This document shows positions 1-7,855 of a stretch of DNA of 49,911 bases, piece by piece (positions within the stretch are counted from its first letter, which is position 1; each line of letters begins with the position of its first letter). This DNA is from a bacterium. Lineage in GTDB: Bacteria; Patescibacteriota; Minisyncoccia; Minisyncoccales; PEYH01. Location of the stretch: contig JAGHAC010000046.1 in the NCBI GenBank assembly GCA_021161645.1, positions 1 to 49,911 of the forward strand. Reading direction: 5' to 3'. The notes under the pieces are model-generated. The model worked only from the letters and a program-made list of their open reading frames with translations. It made no database searches and was not told the origin of the DNA. A program made the position numbers and the translations under genes.

Positions 1-3
1 GAA

Positions 4-768
4 ATGTATAGCTCTTACCATCCCAAGATGAGTCCTAGAAAATATCGCTTCAAATTGAATAATCAGATATTTATTGTTTTTTCTCTATTAGTATTGGGAG
101 TTTTTAGTTTTTATGCTCAAGGAGTTTTTGGAGTAATAGATTCTGGAGGGGGAGGGGGAGGCAATGTATCCCTATTTCTTTATATTGAAAATCCTACAAT
201 TTTTGTTGGTAATAGTGTTGCCGGAACTGCTACTGTAAAAATATATGGAGAGAAAGCTCTTTCTTGTAACACCACCGTGAATTTTGGTGAGAGGTCGGGA
301 GATACTAAAAATATGTTAAGCTTTAATTGTGAATACAATCCGCAAGAAAACGCCGGGTCTAAATTCACAGAATGTTCCCAAACTTTTTCTTATCTTTACA
401 AAGATGAGGGTGAATATAAAATTCATATGAAAACTGATTGTGGCACCACATCATATGAGAGATTCCACACTGTTAAAGTAATCGCTCGTCCGACCACGGG
501 TATCTCTGGCATAGAGTCTCCTATTCAAAGCACCACTATTGAGGAATTACTTGAGCGTATAGGAACAATACTACAAAACATTATTATTGCCTTGGGGATT
601 TTTGTATTAATCATAGCCGGCTATTATTTTATGGCTGCTGGGACTAACCCTCGATATGTTTTAAAGGCAAAAAGAATTATAGTTTGGGTATTTGTAGCGC
701 TAGGTATTGCTATACTCGCAAAAGGAATTATCTTTTTTATTACCCATATGTTTTCTTCATCTTCTTAA
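4..768 (+). CDS. Surface protein: signal-anchor, Cys-containing beta-rich (Ig-like) module, C-terminal VirB2/TrbC-like two-helix pilin hairpin
   Basis: The ORF is open to the left window edge, so the true start may lie outside. It has a hydrophobic N-terminus (IFIVFSLLVLGVFSFYAQG), a G6 linker and a ~120 aa beta-rich region with 4 Cys. It ends in a TM-(AAGTNPRYVLKAKR)-TM hairpin resembling the hairpins of the 7818 and 10096 ORFs. Confidence 0.6.
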   Translation: MYSSYHPKMSPRKYRFKLNNQIFIVFSLLVLGVFSFYAQGVFGVIDSGGGGGGNVSLFLYIENPTIFVGNSVAGTATVKIYGEKALSCNTTVNFGERSGDTKNMLSFNCEYNPQENAGSKFTECSQTFSYLYKDEGEYKIHMKTDCGTTSYERFHTVKVIARPTTGISGIESPIQSTTIEELLERIGTILQNIIIALGIFVLIIAGYYFMAAGTNPRYVLKAKRIIVWVFVALGIAILAKGIIFFITHMFSSSS

Positions 769-771
769 ATT

Positions 772-2982
772 ATGAGAAAAAAAATTACTATTTTCTTATT
801 TCTTGTTCTCACTCTTCTCTTTGCTCCTCATTTAACCCAGGCGGCGTCTGTTTTAGGAATACTCGGAAGCATCTTGGCTATTGTCTTATCACCTGTAATA
901 GCAGTTTTTACTTTAATTACCCGTCTTTTTTTTGTCTGGTCTGCCACTGTTCTAGTTTGGGTAGCGAATCCTTCTTTTATAAAAGTTTCTTTTACGAGAA
1001 ATGAATTTGTTCAGGAAGGATGGACTATTACTAGAGACTTCACTTATATGTTTTTCCTTCTTATCTTGGTCGCAATAGGTTTTGCTACCGCTCTCAGAAT
1101 TAAGGGTTACGAAGTAAGCAAAACCCTTCCTCGCCTGATAGGAGTTGCTCTCCTAATTAATTTTACGCCCGTGATATGCGGCGTAGTCATTGATGCTAGC
1201 AATATTTTTATGAACTTCTTTCTTTCTGCTGGTGGAGCTGGATATTCGGGCATCATAAACACAATAACCGATCTAGCAAAAAACGTAGCCGATGCTCTTT
1301 ATACTTCATCTGCAAGAAATCTCTTAAATGGTCAACTCTTATTTCAAGGATTAGGAATTATTCTTTTTAATATTATGGGAGCGTTCGTGATGATCTTGAT
1401 GGCAGGATTGTTCTTAATAAGATATATGGCTTTGTGGACCTTGGTTATTTTATCTCCCTTGGGTTTTGCTGCTCTTATCTTACCCTCTACCCAAAAATAT
1501 TGGGGAATATGGTGGAAACAATTTCTTAACTGGTGTTTTGTAGGGGTAGGAGCTTCTTTTTTTCTTTACCTTTCTCAAAAAATGGCTGAATTTGTGCATA
1601 GTTACATTGCTGTTCCGCCTACAGAAAGTACTGCTCTGGGATTATTATTGGTTAGATTCTTACCTCTTATATTTTTAGTAATTGGCTTCTTTGCCACTAC
1701 TAACGCCTCTGCTATGGGAGCTAGTCAGACGCTTAATTTTATGAAAAAACAAATAGGGCGGGCTAGAAAAAAAATTATTGAACCTAGAACTAAAGATTTC
1801 CTTCGAGCATATCAGGAAAAAGTGCTGGGTCGCCCAAAAGTAAGACAAGCGATGCAAAAACTTCAAACCCTCCGCCCTCCTCAAAAATTCGGAAAAGCAG
1901 GGAAAGTTCTTGCTCCTGCTACTTGGACAATAAGGAAGCTTTCGCAGGGAACTAGCTATGTTACCGGCACCCCCGAGTCAACCCTTGCATATTTCACACG
2001 AGACAAAAAAGGTCTAGAAAGCTCCTCATATCCCGCCCTTGTAAGCACATTAACTGCCTCAGGTGCAACCGTGCCGCTTTCTAAAAAATTAGCCGCTCTC
2101 TCAATTTTACAAGAACGAGGACAACTTAAAGAGGCAATTAAAAACGGTCTTATTTCTCCAGAGCAAGTATTAAATATTTTATCTGGCATCTACAAACACA
2201 GAGCTCTTTCCAAAAAACATAAAAAAGTAATAGAAGGTCTAGAGCGCTCCCTCTATCTTCAGACAAAGGACCAAAAACAAAGAGATAATATTCTAGCTCG
2301 TATTGTCAGAAACAGGGCAGCAGGTGAGGGTAAAACAGTCGAGGAATGGGAAGCAGAAAATATTAAGGGTAAAGGGTACCGCGATTACGAGCAGATAATT
2401 CTTACCTCTCTTAAAACACCTGAAGACATCGAATCTTTTGCCGGTAAACTAAAGGAAGGAATGGTTGAGAAGTTCTTAGAAAAAGCATCTCCATCCCAAG
2501 TAAGAAAATGGGCAGAAAACTTAGGAAATGAATTTAACAATTTATACAGCAAAATACTTAATGAAAAAGGTGCTGCTTGGCTTGCTGAAATTGATTCCAA
2601 CACTAATAATCCTCGAAACCTTCCTCTGTTAAAATATGCTGTAAGCACTGCAGCTCAGGCATATTTACCTACTCCTCATAAATTCGAAGAAACCGCTGTA
2701 AACTTTGTAGTGAAAAAAGCGCAGGAATATTCTTCTAAGATCCGGGGTGCCGGCAAGAATACTTCTCAGCTGAAAAGTCTTCTAACAAATCTAGAACGAG
2801 AAAAAAATAGCATCTTGTCAAATCCAAAATTAACTGACGAACAAAAAGGCATTTATGAATCATTCTTTGACTCCTATGGAAAGGCTATAAGAGATTTAAT
2901 TCGCAGCCAACAGACAGAAACAGACAGCGGTGGAACAAGATATGGCGATGGTTCTGGTGGCGGTGGTCGATATCCACAATAA
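772..2982 (+). CDS. Polytopic membrane protein, VirB6/TrbL-like, with ~400 aa hydrophilic C-terminal tail
   Basis: 736 aa ORF starting 4 nt after the previous stop. The first ~330 aa contain about 6-7 hydrophobic helices. The rest is charged and helical and ends in GSGGGGRYPQ. The VirB6 call rests on topology and position beside VirB4/VirB3-like genes. Confidence 0.55.
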   Translation: MRKKITIFLFLVLTLLFAPHLTQAASVLGILGSILAIVLSPVIAVFTLITRLFFVWSATVLVWVANPSFIKVSFTRNEFVQEGWTITRDFTYMFFLLILVAIGFATALRIKGYEVSKTLPRLIGVALLINFTPVICGVVIDASNIFMNFFLSAGGAGYSGIINTITDLAKNVADALYTSSARNLLNGQLLFQGLGIILFNIMGAFVMILMAGLFLIRYMALWTLVILSPLGFAALILPSTQKYWGIWWKQFLNWCFVGVGASFFLYLSQKMAEFVHSYIAVPPTESTALGLLLVRFLPLIFLVIGFFATTNASAMGASQTLNFMKKQIGRARKKIIEPRTKDFLRAYQEKVLGRPKVRQAMQKLQTLRPPQKFGKAGKVLAPATWTIRKLSQGTSYVTGTPESTLAYFTRDKKGLESSSYPALVSTLTASGATVPLSKKLAALSILQERGQLKEAIKNGLISPEQVLNILSGIYKHRALSKKHKKVIEGLERSLYLQTKDQKQRDNILARIVRNRAAGEGKTVEEWEAENIKGKGYRDYEQIILTSLKTPEDIESFAGKLKEGMVEKFLEKASPSQVRKWAENLGNEFNNLYSKILNEKGAAWLAEIDSNTNNPRNLPLLKYAVSTAAQAYLPTPHKFEETAVNFVVKKAQEYSSKIRGAGKNTSQLKSLLTNLEREKNSILSNPKLTDEQKGIYESFFDSYGKAIRDLIRSQQTETDSGGTRYGDGSGGGGRYPQ

Positions 2983-3014
2983 AGGGGCTGCTTTAAAGCG
3001 GCCCCTCTTCTTTT
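2983..3014. terminator. Bidirectional intrinsic terminator between convergent genes
   Basis: Hairpin AGGGGCTGC-tttaaa-GCGGCCCCT (one G-U pair) preceded by AAA and followed by CTTCTTTT. It lies exactly between the stop at 2982 (+) and the stop at 3013 (-). Confidence 0.7.
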
Positions 3015-4155
3015 AGCCCTTATTTTGGGAACTTTGAAGTTTTTGGGCGAGATATTTTACCAAAGGAGTGATTATCTCTGTAAGCTGAGAAATGATAGGC
3101 TCCAGGGCCACAACCCATTGCTTTTGCTCTGCTGCCGTACCAAGTTTTTCCAAAATTAACGCCTGATCAAGAGCTTTTCTTTTCCCCATTCCTGCTTCTC
3201 CGAGAATTTCAGCCGATTGGACTACAGGACGAACCCTCATTGTAGCTTCTTCTAGCGCCCTATAGGTTGCTGCTTCTGCTGCTCTGCGAGCAACAAGTGG
3301 TTCTTGACGTGCTTTTTCTATGTTTTCTGGCAATTCTTGGCCTGTAAATTTTGCCGAAACTATTTTTATGCCCATGTCGGCTGCCTGGCTCTGTATCTGT
3401 TCGAGTTCTTTACATATAGTCTCGTGGATTATCGACACCGTCTTGATTCTTTGTTTCTCTAGTTCAAGTTCATCTAATAGGGGTTGGAGTAATGTTGATT
3501 TCGATGCCCCTAGCTCGATTTCTCTTTTCAAGCTTGCAATCCTTTCTTCCAAATTTCTGATTTTTACTTGGTCGATTCCGGGCGATTCTTTGATTCTTTC
3601 AAGTAAATCCCCCAGAATCATTCCACTATCCACAGCTTCTCTTACAGTGAATGTCTGAACAAAGCGCGGCAACAGACTTTCAAACGCATCTCTCACCCAC
3701 TCCCTCCAAAACTTTACATTGTATATTACCCTTTGGGGATTATCCGGATCTATTGTTATGTACACTATAGGGTATCTAGGAATAACTGAACCATCAACCA
3801 GGTCTAACTCATATGTTTGTTCGGTAAATAATTCGATAGGCTGTATTCGTATGTCCACTCTTTCTCTGACTGTATCTACAAAAGGCAACTTAAAATTCCA
3901 ACCTGGGAAAAACACTCTATGGAACTTTCCAAGACGCTCTATTATCCAGCGTTCCGGCTCTTCTACTATCACAATACAAAACAAATATAAGGCGCCTGTT
4001 ATAAGAAAAATTCCGCCAAGAATAGGCGCTATACCAAAATAGATCCCCTGAACCGCGACGAGAATTCCTAAAATCAATAAAGTGATCCTTGCTATCCCCA
4101 GCCAACGCCTCTGTCTTTCGATGCTAGTTAATTGTTTCTCTTCCTTTTCAGCCAT
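3013..4155 (-). CDS. SPFH/band-7 (stomatin/prohibitin-like) membrane protein with coiled-coil C-terminal extension
   Basis: Two N-terminal TM helices are followed by IIERLGKFHRVFFPGWNFKLPFVDTV, typical of an SPFH domain start. I prefer the ATG at 4155 because GGAGGA lies 7 nt upstream. The longest ORF starts at 4170. Confidence 0.8.
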   Translation of the reverse strand: MAEKEEKQLTSIERQRRWLGIARITLLILGILVAVQGIYFGIAPILGGIFLITGALYLFCIVIVEEPERWIIERLGKFHRVFFPGWNFKLPFVDTVRERVDIRIQPIELFTEQTYELDLVDGSVIPRYPIVYITIDPDNPQRVIYNVKFWREWVRDAFESLLPRFVQTFTVREAVDSGMILGDLLERIKESPGIDQVKIRNLEERIASLKREIELGASKSTLLQPLLDELELEKQRIKTVSIIHETICKELEQIQSQAADMGIKIVSAKFTGQELPENIEKARQEPLVARRAAEAATYRALEEATMRVRPVVQSAEILGEAGMGKRKALDQALILEKLGTAAEQKQWVVALEPIISQLTEIITPLVKYLAQKLQSSQNKG

Positions 4156-4251
4156 TTTTATTCCTCCCATTTACTTTTTGAAGGTTCTTCTTACTAATAA
4201 AGTATACCATAATTAAGTCTCTCTTGTCAAACCTTACTTATTGTCTTTGTT

Positions 4252-4281
4252 TTCAAAATTATGATAAAATAATGATATAAT
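4252..4281 (+). promoter_or_regulatory. Candidate extended -10 promoter for the 4302-11691 gene string
   Basis: TGaTATAAT at 4273-4281 with a weak -35 (TTCAAA, 4252-4257), 21 nt upstream of the ATG at 4302 in the divergent intergenic region. Confidence 0.4.
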
Positions 4282-4301
4282 GTAACACATAAACAAATTT
4301 T

Positions 4302-4616
4302 ATGGAGCTATCATCTCAAACATATTGGAAAGCATATCAAAAACTTCCCCCTGTGCTTAAGGAAATGATTTTTTCGCCAGATACAGCAGAGGCCATTTGG
4401 GGTATAGCAAAAATTTGTGAGATAGACCGCACTGCCACCTTGGCGAAAATTATAGGAGATGTGCTCTCTGGCTTCCTTCCTCCCGAAAAATTTAAAGAAG
4501 CTGCTCAAAAGCAATTGGGCCTAGACGAGGAAAAAGCAAAAAAGCTTGAAATATATGTTAACCATTACATTTTTGATTTGGTAAGAGACGAACTTAATCA
4601 ACTATACGCTGAATAA
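4302..4616 (+). CDS. Hypothetical small soluble helical protein (first gene of the T4SS-like string)
   Basis: 104 aa ORF with no TM segment and no motif I recognise. Its stop lies 2 nt before the next start. Confidence 0.6.
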   Translation: MELSSQTYWKAYQKLPPVLKEMIFSPDTAEAIWGIAKICEIDRTATLAKIIGDVLSGFLPPEKFKEAAQKQLGLDEEKAKKLEIYVNHYIFDLVRDELNQLYAE

Positions 4617-4618
4617 AT

Positions 4619-5035
4619 ATGGAGTATCCTCTTCCTCAATTTTTGGAAATCAAACCAAAGGTCGCCGGGCCCCTTACCCTACGCCAATTATTATATTTTG
4701 CCGGCGCCCTAATTTTCCTTTTATATTTCTACTTTACTAAATCCCCGGGGGTTTTTCTTCTGATAGCTATACCTGTTATTGGGGCAACCTTTATTTTGGC
4801 GTTTGTAAAAGTAAAAGGTTATCCCATTCCTACGCTAATCCTCCGAGCTATCGGCTACTCTATCAAAGAAAAAGTTTATGTTTGGAGAAAAATCTCTACG
4901 CCCACGCCAACTCTTCCAAGAATCGGGGTTGGAAAACCAATTAAAAAAGAAACAAACAAGGTAATTCCTAAAATAGGCCCTTCAAAAAGCAAACTAAAGG
5001 AATTATCTAAATTAGTTGAAATTCATCCAAGATAA
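4619..5035 (+). CDS. PrgI/VirB3-like small two-TM membrane protein
   Basis: 138 aa with two adjacent TM helices (LLYFAGALIFLLYFYF, VFLLIAIPVIGATFILAFV). It sits immediately upstream of the VirB4 genes, the usual VirB3/PrgI position. Confidence 0.5.
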   Translation: MEYPLPQFLEIKPKVAGPLTLRQLLYFAGALIFLLYFYFTKSPGVFLLIAIPVIGATFILAFVKVKGYPIPTLILRAIGYSIKEKVYVWRKISTPTPTLPRIGVGKPIKKETNKVIPKIGPSKSKLKELSKLVEIHPR

Positions 5036-5037
5036 AT

Positions 5038-5679
5038 ATGCCTTTTTTTTCTACAGGAAGCGCCCAAGTGCTTCTTCCGATTAAACAAATTCGCGATGGA
5101 ATTATCATAATGCGAGACAATAGTCTGCGGGGAATATTAATGGTTTCTTCCATTAATTTTGAACTTAGGTCTTATGAAGAGCAGGAAGCTATTATCTTTC
5201 AATTTCAAAATTTCTTGAACTCCTTAGATTTTTCCTGTCAAATATTAGTCAATTCTCGCAAAATTAACATTACCGGCTACCTTGACCTTCTCAAAAGAGC
5301 AGAAGAAACACAAACTAATTCTCTTTTGAAGCAACAGATTATTGAATATAGAAAATTTATTGATCAATTAGTCGCGGGTGGTTCAATAATGAATAAAAAT
5401 TTCTATTTAATTATTCCTTTCTTTTTGGGTGAGAAAAAGAAAACCGATATATTTCGCCTCAAAACAATCCCTCGTCTTACCGAAGAACTCTATCAGCAAT
5501 ACAGGAGACATCTTTATCAAAGAATGGAATTTTTGGCCTTAGGATTAAGAAGATGTGCCCTTTGGGCAATGCCTTTGAAAACCGAAGAAATTATAGAACT
5601 TTTGTGGAGTTATTATCATCCCAAAGAAGCACAGGTTGGATATTATCCTGAGATCCCTCCTGAACTAATTATTGGTTAA
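5038..5679 (+). CDS. VirB4-family N-terminal domain encoded as a separate polypeptide
   Basis: 213 aa. The stretch LPIKQIRDGIIIMRDNSLRGILMVSSINFELRSYEEQEAIIFQFQNFLNSLDF has the pattern I associate with the extreme N-terminus of Gram-positive-type VirB4/TrsE/Orf16 ATPases. The TAA stop at 5677-5679 lies 2 nt before the next ATG, which is in a different frame. Confidence 0.6.
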   Translation: MPFFSTGSAQVLLPIKQIRDGIIIMRDNSLRGILMVSSINFELRSYEEQEAIIFQFQNFLNSLDFSCQILVNSRKINITGYLDLLKRAEETQTNSLLKQQIIEYRKFIDQLVAGGSIMNKNFYLIIPFFLGEKKKTDIFRLKTIPRLTEELYQQYRRHLYQRMEFLALGLRRCALWAMPLKTEEIIELLWSYYHPKEAQVGYYPEIPPELIIG

Positions 5680-5681
5680 TT

Positions 5682-7457
5682 ATGTCTTTCTCTTTTCTCA
5701 AAAACATTATTCCCTCCCGTCCTCAACCTCAAGCAATGACTCTGCTGGATTTTATTGCTCCGCCCGCAATAAAGGTAGGCTCAAACTACATTCAAATAGG
5801 CGAAAAACTTGCTCGTTCATATTTCATCTTTTCTTTTCCTCGATATTTAACCACCGGATGGCTTTCTCCGTTAATTAATCTTGATGTCCCTCTTGATATA
5901 TCTATTTTTCTTCATCCAATAGACACGGGTTTAGTTTTAAAAAAACTTAGAAAGAAAGTAACTCAGATTCAGTCGGAAATTATGGAAAAAGAAGAGAAAG
6001 GATTGATTAGAGATCCTGTACTAGAAACGGCTTATAGAGACGCCGAAGTTTTAAGAGATCGCTTACAAACCGCCCAAGAAAGAATGTTTGATGTAGGCAT
6101 TTACATAAATGTTTATGCTGATTCTGAAAAAGAACTGGAGAAGACCGAGGCTACCATCCGAGCTATTCTTGAATCTAAGCTTGTATATATCAAACCCGCC
6201 CTATACCAACAAGAAAAGGGACTAATTTCGTCGTCACCATATGCCTTAGACCAACTGAATGTGCACACACCGATGAATACCAGCCCTCTCTCTACTCTTT
6301 TCCCTTTTGTTTCCTTTGATTTAAGCTCTAATGAGGGAATTTTATATGGCATTAACCAACACAATAACTCATTAATTTTATTTGATAGATTCAGCCTGGA
6401 AAACGCCAATATGGTTGTTTTTGGTAAATCGGGCGGAGGAAAATCATACGCGGTAAAATTAGAGATTTTGAGATATCTTATGCTAGGCGTTGATGTAATT
6501 GTTATTGATCCGGAAAACGAATATAAATTTTTGTGTGATGCAGTTGGTGGAGGTTTTTATAACATTTCTTTAAAATCGCCAAACCACATTAATCCCTTTG
6601 ATTTACCCGAACCTTTAGAAGACGAAACCCCTGAAGAAGTTCTGAGGTCAAATATTATAAACCTTGTAGGGCTTTTAAGGTTAATGCTTGGGGGTTTAAC
6701 GCCCGAAGAAGATTCTATTATAGAGCAAGCAATAACGGAAACCTACGCTGCGAGAGATATAACTGAGAACACTGATCCTAAATTATGGCCTGAACGACTT
6801 CCTCTTCTTTCTGACTTAGAGTCGGTTCTAGAAACGATGGAGGGAGCAGAATCTCTTGTGCAAAGATTAAGAAAGTTTACTAAAGGGGTCTACTCTGGAT
6901 TCTTCAACTACCCTACAAATATAAAAATGGAGAATAATATGGTGGTTTTCGGAATAAAAAACCTTGAACCGGAATTAAGACCGATGGCGATGTATATTAT
7001 TATGCGTTATATATGGAATACTATCAAAGGAGAGTTAAAGAAAAGAATGCTTGTAATTGATGAGGCTTGGTGGCTCATGCAAAACGAAGATAGCGCCTCT
7101 TTTCTGTTTGGAATAGTAAAGCGAGGAAGAAAGTACTGGCTGGGAACTACCACCATCACTCAAGACGTAAATGACTTTATGAAATCAGAATATGGACAGC
7201 CTATTATCTCAAACTCTTCTCTTCAATTATTAATGAAGCAATCTCCGGCAACAATTGCTGTAGTCCAAAAAACTTTTAACCTCACAGATAACGAAAAGGA
7301 TCTGCTTTTAGAGGCTCCTGTAGGAGAGGGAATCTTTTTTGCCGGCGAAAAACATGTTGCTATAAGGGTAGTTTCCTCTTATACAGAACACCAAATTATT
7401 ACTACTTCTCCTGAAGAGCTGGCAAAAATAAAAGAATTAAAAAAGATTAATCAATGA
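5682..7457 (+). CDS. virB4: VirB4-class type IV secretion ATPase (middle domain plus ATPase domain)
   Basis: Walker A VVFGKSGGGKSY, Walker B RMLVIDEAWWLM and TTITQD are present. The N-terminal part (YFIFSFPRYLTTGWLSPLINLDVPLDISIFLHP) is typical of the VirB4/TraE middle region. Confidence 0.85.
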   Translation: MSFSFLKNIIPSRPQPQAMTLLDFIAPPAIKVGSNYIQIGEKLARSYFIFSFPRYLTTGWLSPLINLDVPLDISIFLHPIDTGLVLKKLRKKVTQIQSEIMEKEEKGLIRDPVLETAYRDAEVLRDRLQTAQERMFDVGIYINVYADSEKELEKTEATIRAILESKLVYIKPALYQQEKGLISSSPYALDQLNVHTPMNTSPLSTLFPFVSFDLSSNEGILYGINQHNNSLILFDRFSLENANMVVFGKSGGGKSYAVKLEILRYLMLGVDVIVIDPENEYKFLCDAVGGGFYNISLKSPNHINPFDLPEPLEDETPEEVLRSNIINLVGLLRLMLGGLTPEEDSIIEQAITETYAARDITENTDPKLWPERLPLLSDLESVLETMEGAESLVQRLRKFTKGVYSGFFNYPTNIKMENNMVVFGIKNLEPELRPMAMYIIMRYIWNTIKGELKKRMLVIDEAWWLMQNEDSASFLFGIVKRGRKYWLGTTTITQDVNDFMKSEYGQPIISNSSLQLLMKQSPATIAVVQKTFNLTDNEKDLLLEAPVGEGIFFAGEKHVAIRVVSSYTEHQIITTSPEELAKIKELKKINQ

Positions 7458-7855
7458 TCCCAGAACCGGAAACGCTTTTAGATTTTCTGGTTGCTATAAT
7501 TTTAGACGCTATAGGAGCGCTCTGTCTTATCATTGATTTAACTGGGCTGGGCACAGTTTTTGGCGAAGCGCTTTCGTTTGTCCCCGATATTATTGGCTTT
7601 TTTTATTTTGGGACAGAGCTACTCTTTAAGACTGTTTTGTCAAACACAATGAGTGATATCTCTTCTGTTCCTACCACTGTCTTAGAAGGAATATCTAACA
7701 AAAACACATCCAGGAAGATTGTTAAGACAACTTTAAAAAGAGTAGCTTCTAGATTTGCTTTGTTTTCTATCTTAGAATTTATTCCTGTCGTGGGAAGTTA
7801 TTTTTTCTGGACTCATTATGTTATCTCAAAATCCAAAATGGATCTTAATTCTTAA
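7454..7855 (+). CDS. Small multi-TM membrane protein, unknown function
   Basis: 133 aa with an ATGA overlap onto the VirB4 stop. It has hydrophobic helices at both ends. Confidence 0.55.
   Translation: MIPEPETLLDFLVAIILDAIGALCLIIDLTGLGTVFGEALSFVPDIIGFFYFGTELLFKTVLSNTMSDISSVPTTVLEGISNKNTSRKIVKTTLKRVASRFALFSILEFIPVVGSYFFWTHYVISKSKMDLNS

Noticed and set aside
145-162. G-rich runs encoding poly-Gly (145-162, and roughly 39855-39881) as possible phase-variation tracts.
   Set aside because: They are mixed GGN codons with homopolymer runs of at most 5 G. They are too short and interrupted for efficient slipped-strand switching.
180-368. Numerous 60-130 aa antisense or out-of-frame ORFs inside long genes (for example 180-368, 684-1004, 1675-1884, 3320-3658, 3719-4042, 6113-6409, 27374-27760, 28557-28823, 28977-29210, 31941-32273, 32469-32708).
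   Set aside because: Each is fully nested in a longer ORF with recognisable motifs. Their composition (S/F/L/I-rich, low complexity) is typical of shadow frames in AT-rich DNA.
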